DNA of 63,307 bases, the filler included. It is 9 parts of 9 records of this genome, joined end to end, with 100 filler letters (N's around TTAATTAATTAA, not from the genome) between each part and the next. Parts side by side here need not be neighbours in the genome. Positions count along the whole stretch, not along the records: positions 58,551 to 63,307 come from SRR20825010_7163; 8 more parts are not named here. The stretch is one strand, 5' to 3'. This document shows positions 61,012 to 63,307 of the stretch, in pieces (positions within the stretch are counted from its first letter, which is position 1; each line of letters opens with the position of its first letter). The position numbers and the translations under genes are program-made. The notes beneath the pieces are model-generated. The model was not told the DNA's origin, searched no databases, and was given only the letters and a program-made list of their open reading frames with translations.

Positions 61012-62799
61012 ATGAAAAACCTGTTTAGACCGCTAGTCATTCTAATCGGATTGGCTATGACGATTCAGAGTGAAGTATTTGCTCAACAAAAACCCAACGT
61101 CATTTTTGTGATCACAGATGATCAGGGAATGGGTGACCTGGGGTCAATGGGAAATAAAATTATCAAAACCCCCAACCTTGATGCTTTTCATGAGGATGCT
61201 GTGAGGTTTACCAATTATCATGTTTCTACCACTTGTGCTCCTTCCAGAGGTGCTATCATGACAGGTAGATATACCAATAGACTCAATGTTTTTCACACGA
61301 TCAGCGGGCGTTCTTTGTTGTATGAAGATGAAGTGATCCTGCCGCAGATTTTTGCTCAAAATGGCTACACCAATGGCATGTTTGGCAAGTGGCACTTAGG
61401 TGATAATTATCCATTTCGTCCGGAAGATAGAGGATTTCATGAGGTAGTTCGGCACGGTGGCGGTGGAATCGCTCAAGGCCCTGATTACTGGGACAATGAT
61501 TACTTCGATGATACCTATTGGCACAATGGGGAGCTTGAGAAATACGAAGGCTATTGTACCGATGTATTCTTTAATGAGGCGATGGACTTTATTGAAGAAA
61601 ACAAAGAAAAACCATTTTTCGCTTATATAGCCACCAATGCGCCACATGGCCCACTTAACGTGCCTGAGGAATATTACAATTTATATAAGGATTTAAGCGA
61701 AGAGGAGCTGCCTGATAATTTCAAGCGCTTTTACGGTATGATTACTAATATTGACGACAACTTTAAGCGCTTGCAGCAAAAGCTGGAGGATCTCAATCTG
61801 ACTGATAATACGATCCTGATTTTTACTACAGATAATGGTACAGCAGGTGGAAATAAGGTATATGATGGGGGTTTGAGAGGGGCAAAAGGGAGTATCTATG
61901 AAGGTGGTCATCGTGTGCCTTTATTTATTCGCTGGCCTGACGGACAGTTGACAGGAGGTAAAGACATTGATAAGTTGGTAGCTCATTATGATTTACTACC
62001 TACGTTTGTGGATTTGCTTGGATTTGATTTCAGTCCGGTAAAGCCTCTTGATGGATCTAGCCTCAAGCCCTTACTTACAAATAGTGCTAAGCCTTGGCCA
62101 AACAGAATCCTCTATGTTGACACTCAAAGACTACAGAACCTGAACAAATACAAGGATTACTCAGTGATGGATGATCGCTGGAGATTAGTCAATGGCACCG
62201 AGCTGTATGACATGGAAAATGATAAAATTCAATCCAAAAATGTCATCGCCCAGAATCCATTGGTGGCAGAGAAACTAGCTGTAGGTTACGAAAAATGGTG
62301 GGAATCCATCATGGCAGAAGGTCCAAATGAGCGCTATGCGTACATTAAAGTGGGGTCGAGCAAAGAGAACCCTAGCCGTATTTCTGCTCACGATATGTTG
62401 ACAGGAAAGCATGAAAGTTCATGGCATCAGAATGGAGCTATTACAGCTTCTCAGGTGACTGGAAGATGGAAAATCGAATTTGTAGAGGATGGTGAATATG
62501 CTATTACACTTCGAAGATTTCCTAGAGAAAGCGGCTTGGCAATCAATGCAACTTTCCCTTCCCAAAAGAAAACCATAGAACTGGAAAACGATAAGCCTGC
62601 AAGTGTTAAAGATGATTTTGAAAAAGCTTACCTATATGTTGCTAATCTGGAGAAATCCGAAAGTATTCAGAAAGACCAGGAAGAAGTCACGTTTACAGGA
62701 CAAATCTCTGCAGGCAAGTATGACATGGAAGCTCAACTTATTGACGCAGACAAGAGAGTATATCCAGCTTACTACATCTATATAGAAAAGTTGAAATAA
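61012..62799 (+). CDS. S1 family sulfatase
   Basis: Signal peptide, TDDQG, CAPSR formylglycine motif, GKWHLG, TDNG, YEGGHRVP. Confidence 0.95.
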   Translation: MKNLFRPLVILIGLAMTIQSEVFAQQKPNVIFVITDDQGMGDLGSMGNKIIKTPNLDAFHEDAVRFTNYHVSTTCAPSRGAIMTGRYTNRLNVFHTISGRSLLYEDEVILPQIFAQNGYTNGMFGKWHLGDNYPFRPEDRGFHEVVRHGGGGIAQGPDYWDNDYFDDTYWHNGELEKYEGYCTDVFFNEAMDFIEENKEKPFFAYIATNAPHGPLNVPEEYYNLYKDLSEEELPDNFKRFYGMITNIDDNFKRLQQKLEDLNLTDNTILIFTTDNGTAGGNKVYDGGLRGAKGSIYEGGHRVPLFIRWPDGQLTGGKDIDKLVAHYDLLPTFVDLLGFDFSPVKPLDGSSLKPLLTNSAKPWPNRILYVDTQRLQNLNKYKDYSVMDDRWRLVNGTELYDMENDKIQSKNVIAQNPLVAEKLAVGYEKWWESIMAEGPNERYAYIKVGSSKENPSRISAHDMLTGKHESSWHQNGAITASQVTGRWKIEFVEDGEYAITLRRFPRESGLAINATFPSQKKTIELENDKPASVKDDFEKAYLYVANLEKSESIQKDQEEVTFTGQISAGKYDMEAQLIDADKRVYPAYYIYIEKLK

Positions 62800-62947
62800 T
62801 TCATATTGCCCTATTGACGAATACTTAAAATGCTGAAAAGGATTGCAGCTGCTGTTTAGGTGCTAGATTCTTTGTATTCACAAAAGGTGCTTCATAGAAT
62901 CATTGCCTTTAAATCGATTTCCAGCAAGAAGTTAGATTCCAGATAAT

Positions 62948-63307
62948 ATGAATAACTCTAGAACCAATAAACCTGCTTTTCTAATTCATTTGCTAGTGGT
63001 TACCCTGCTTTTTTTATTCCAAAAAGTAGACGCACAGGAAACAAAAAGACCCAATATAGTAGTGGTTTTAGCCGATGATATGCGCTGGGATTACCTTGGA
63101 GCCATGGGTGCAAATGACATCATTCAAACTCCTAATCTGGATAAATTGGCAGCTGAAGGAACCTTGTTTAGTAATGCATTTGTGACATCTGCTATTTGCA
63201 CGCCGAGTAGAACTTCCATACTCACGGGAATGTATGAGCGAAAGCATGGAGTCACCTTTGGGTCAAATTCTGTGATGACCGAAGAGGCTTGGGGCAATAC
63301 CTATCCC
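62948..63307 (+). CDS. Second S1 sulfatase (3' truncated)
   Basis: Hand translation ...AQETKRPNIVVVLADDMR...TPNLD...CTPSRTSILTG. Confidence 0.9.
   Translation, partial: MNNSRTNKPAFLIHLLVVTLLFLFQKVDAQETKRPNIVVVLADDMRWDYLGAMGANDIIQTPNLDKLAAEGTLFSNAFVTSAICTPSRTSILTGMYERKHGVTFGSNSVMTEEAWGNTYP

Overview
The window is not one genome. It is nine unrelated contigs joined by eight identical 100-nt spacers (N44-TTAATTAATTAA-N44), consistent with a marine metagenome. Taxon labels are inferred from gene content and base composition. (1) 1-14136: Marinobacter-like gammaproteobacterial core region (pilT, yggS, proC, yggT, dynamin-like GTPase, metXW, rdgB, hemW, trmB, comM, ubiK, glnK-amtB). (2) 14237-18349: Flavobacteriaceae (transglutaminase-like, MazG-like, aroA, queA). 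(3) 18450-34790: Thalassospira-like catabolic region with an IclR/Dpp/serine hydrolase/GGT cluster and a tartrate cluster. (4) 34891-38140: Thalassospira-like DUF971, ompW and a ubiquinone hydroxylase. (5) 38241-42628: alphaproteobacterium with an ~800-bp mini-island between a tRNA-Val 3' end and its duplicate, a Tat amine oxidase and an ABC transporter. (6) 42729-48699: Cyclobacteriaceae (kdgK, eda, and a secreted Cys-rich peptide paired with a lipoprotein). (7) 48800-52496: high-GC, Planctomycete-like (pfp, PAS-LuxR, two DUF1579). (8) 52597-58450: a very divergent eukaryotic Ty1/copia retrotransposon. (9) 58551-63307: Bacteroidota probable L-fucose catabolic genes, an lldD remnant and sulfatases. 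The most unusual items are the copia element (gag and pol in frame across a single TAG, a Cys/His-rich insert in RT, a DNQ protease motif), the peptide-lipoprotein pair, the tRNA mini-island and the PahZ1-like/GGT cluster.
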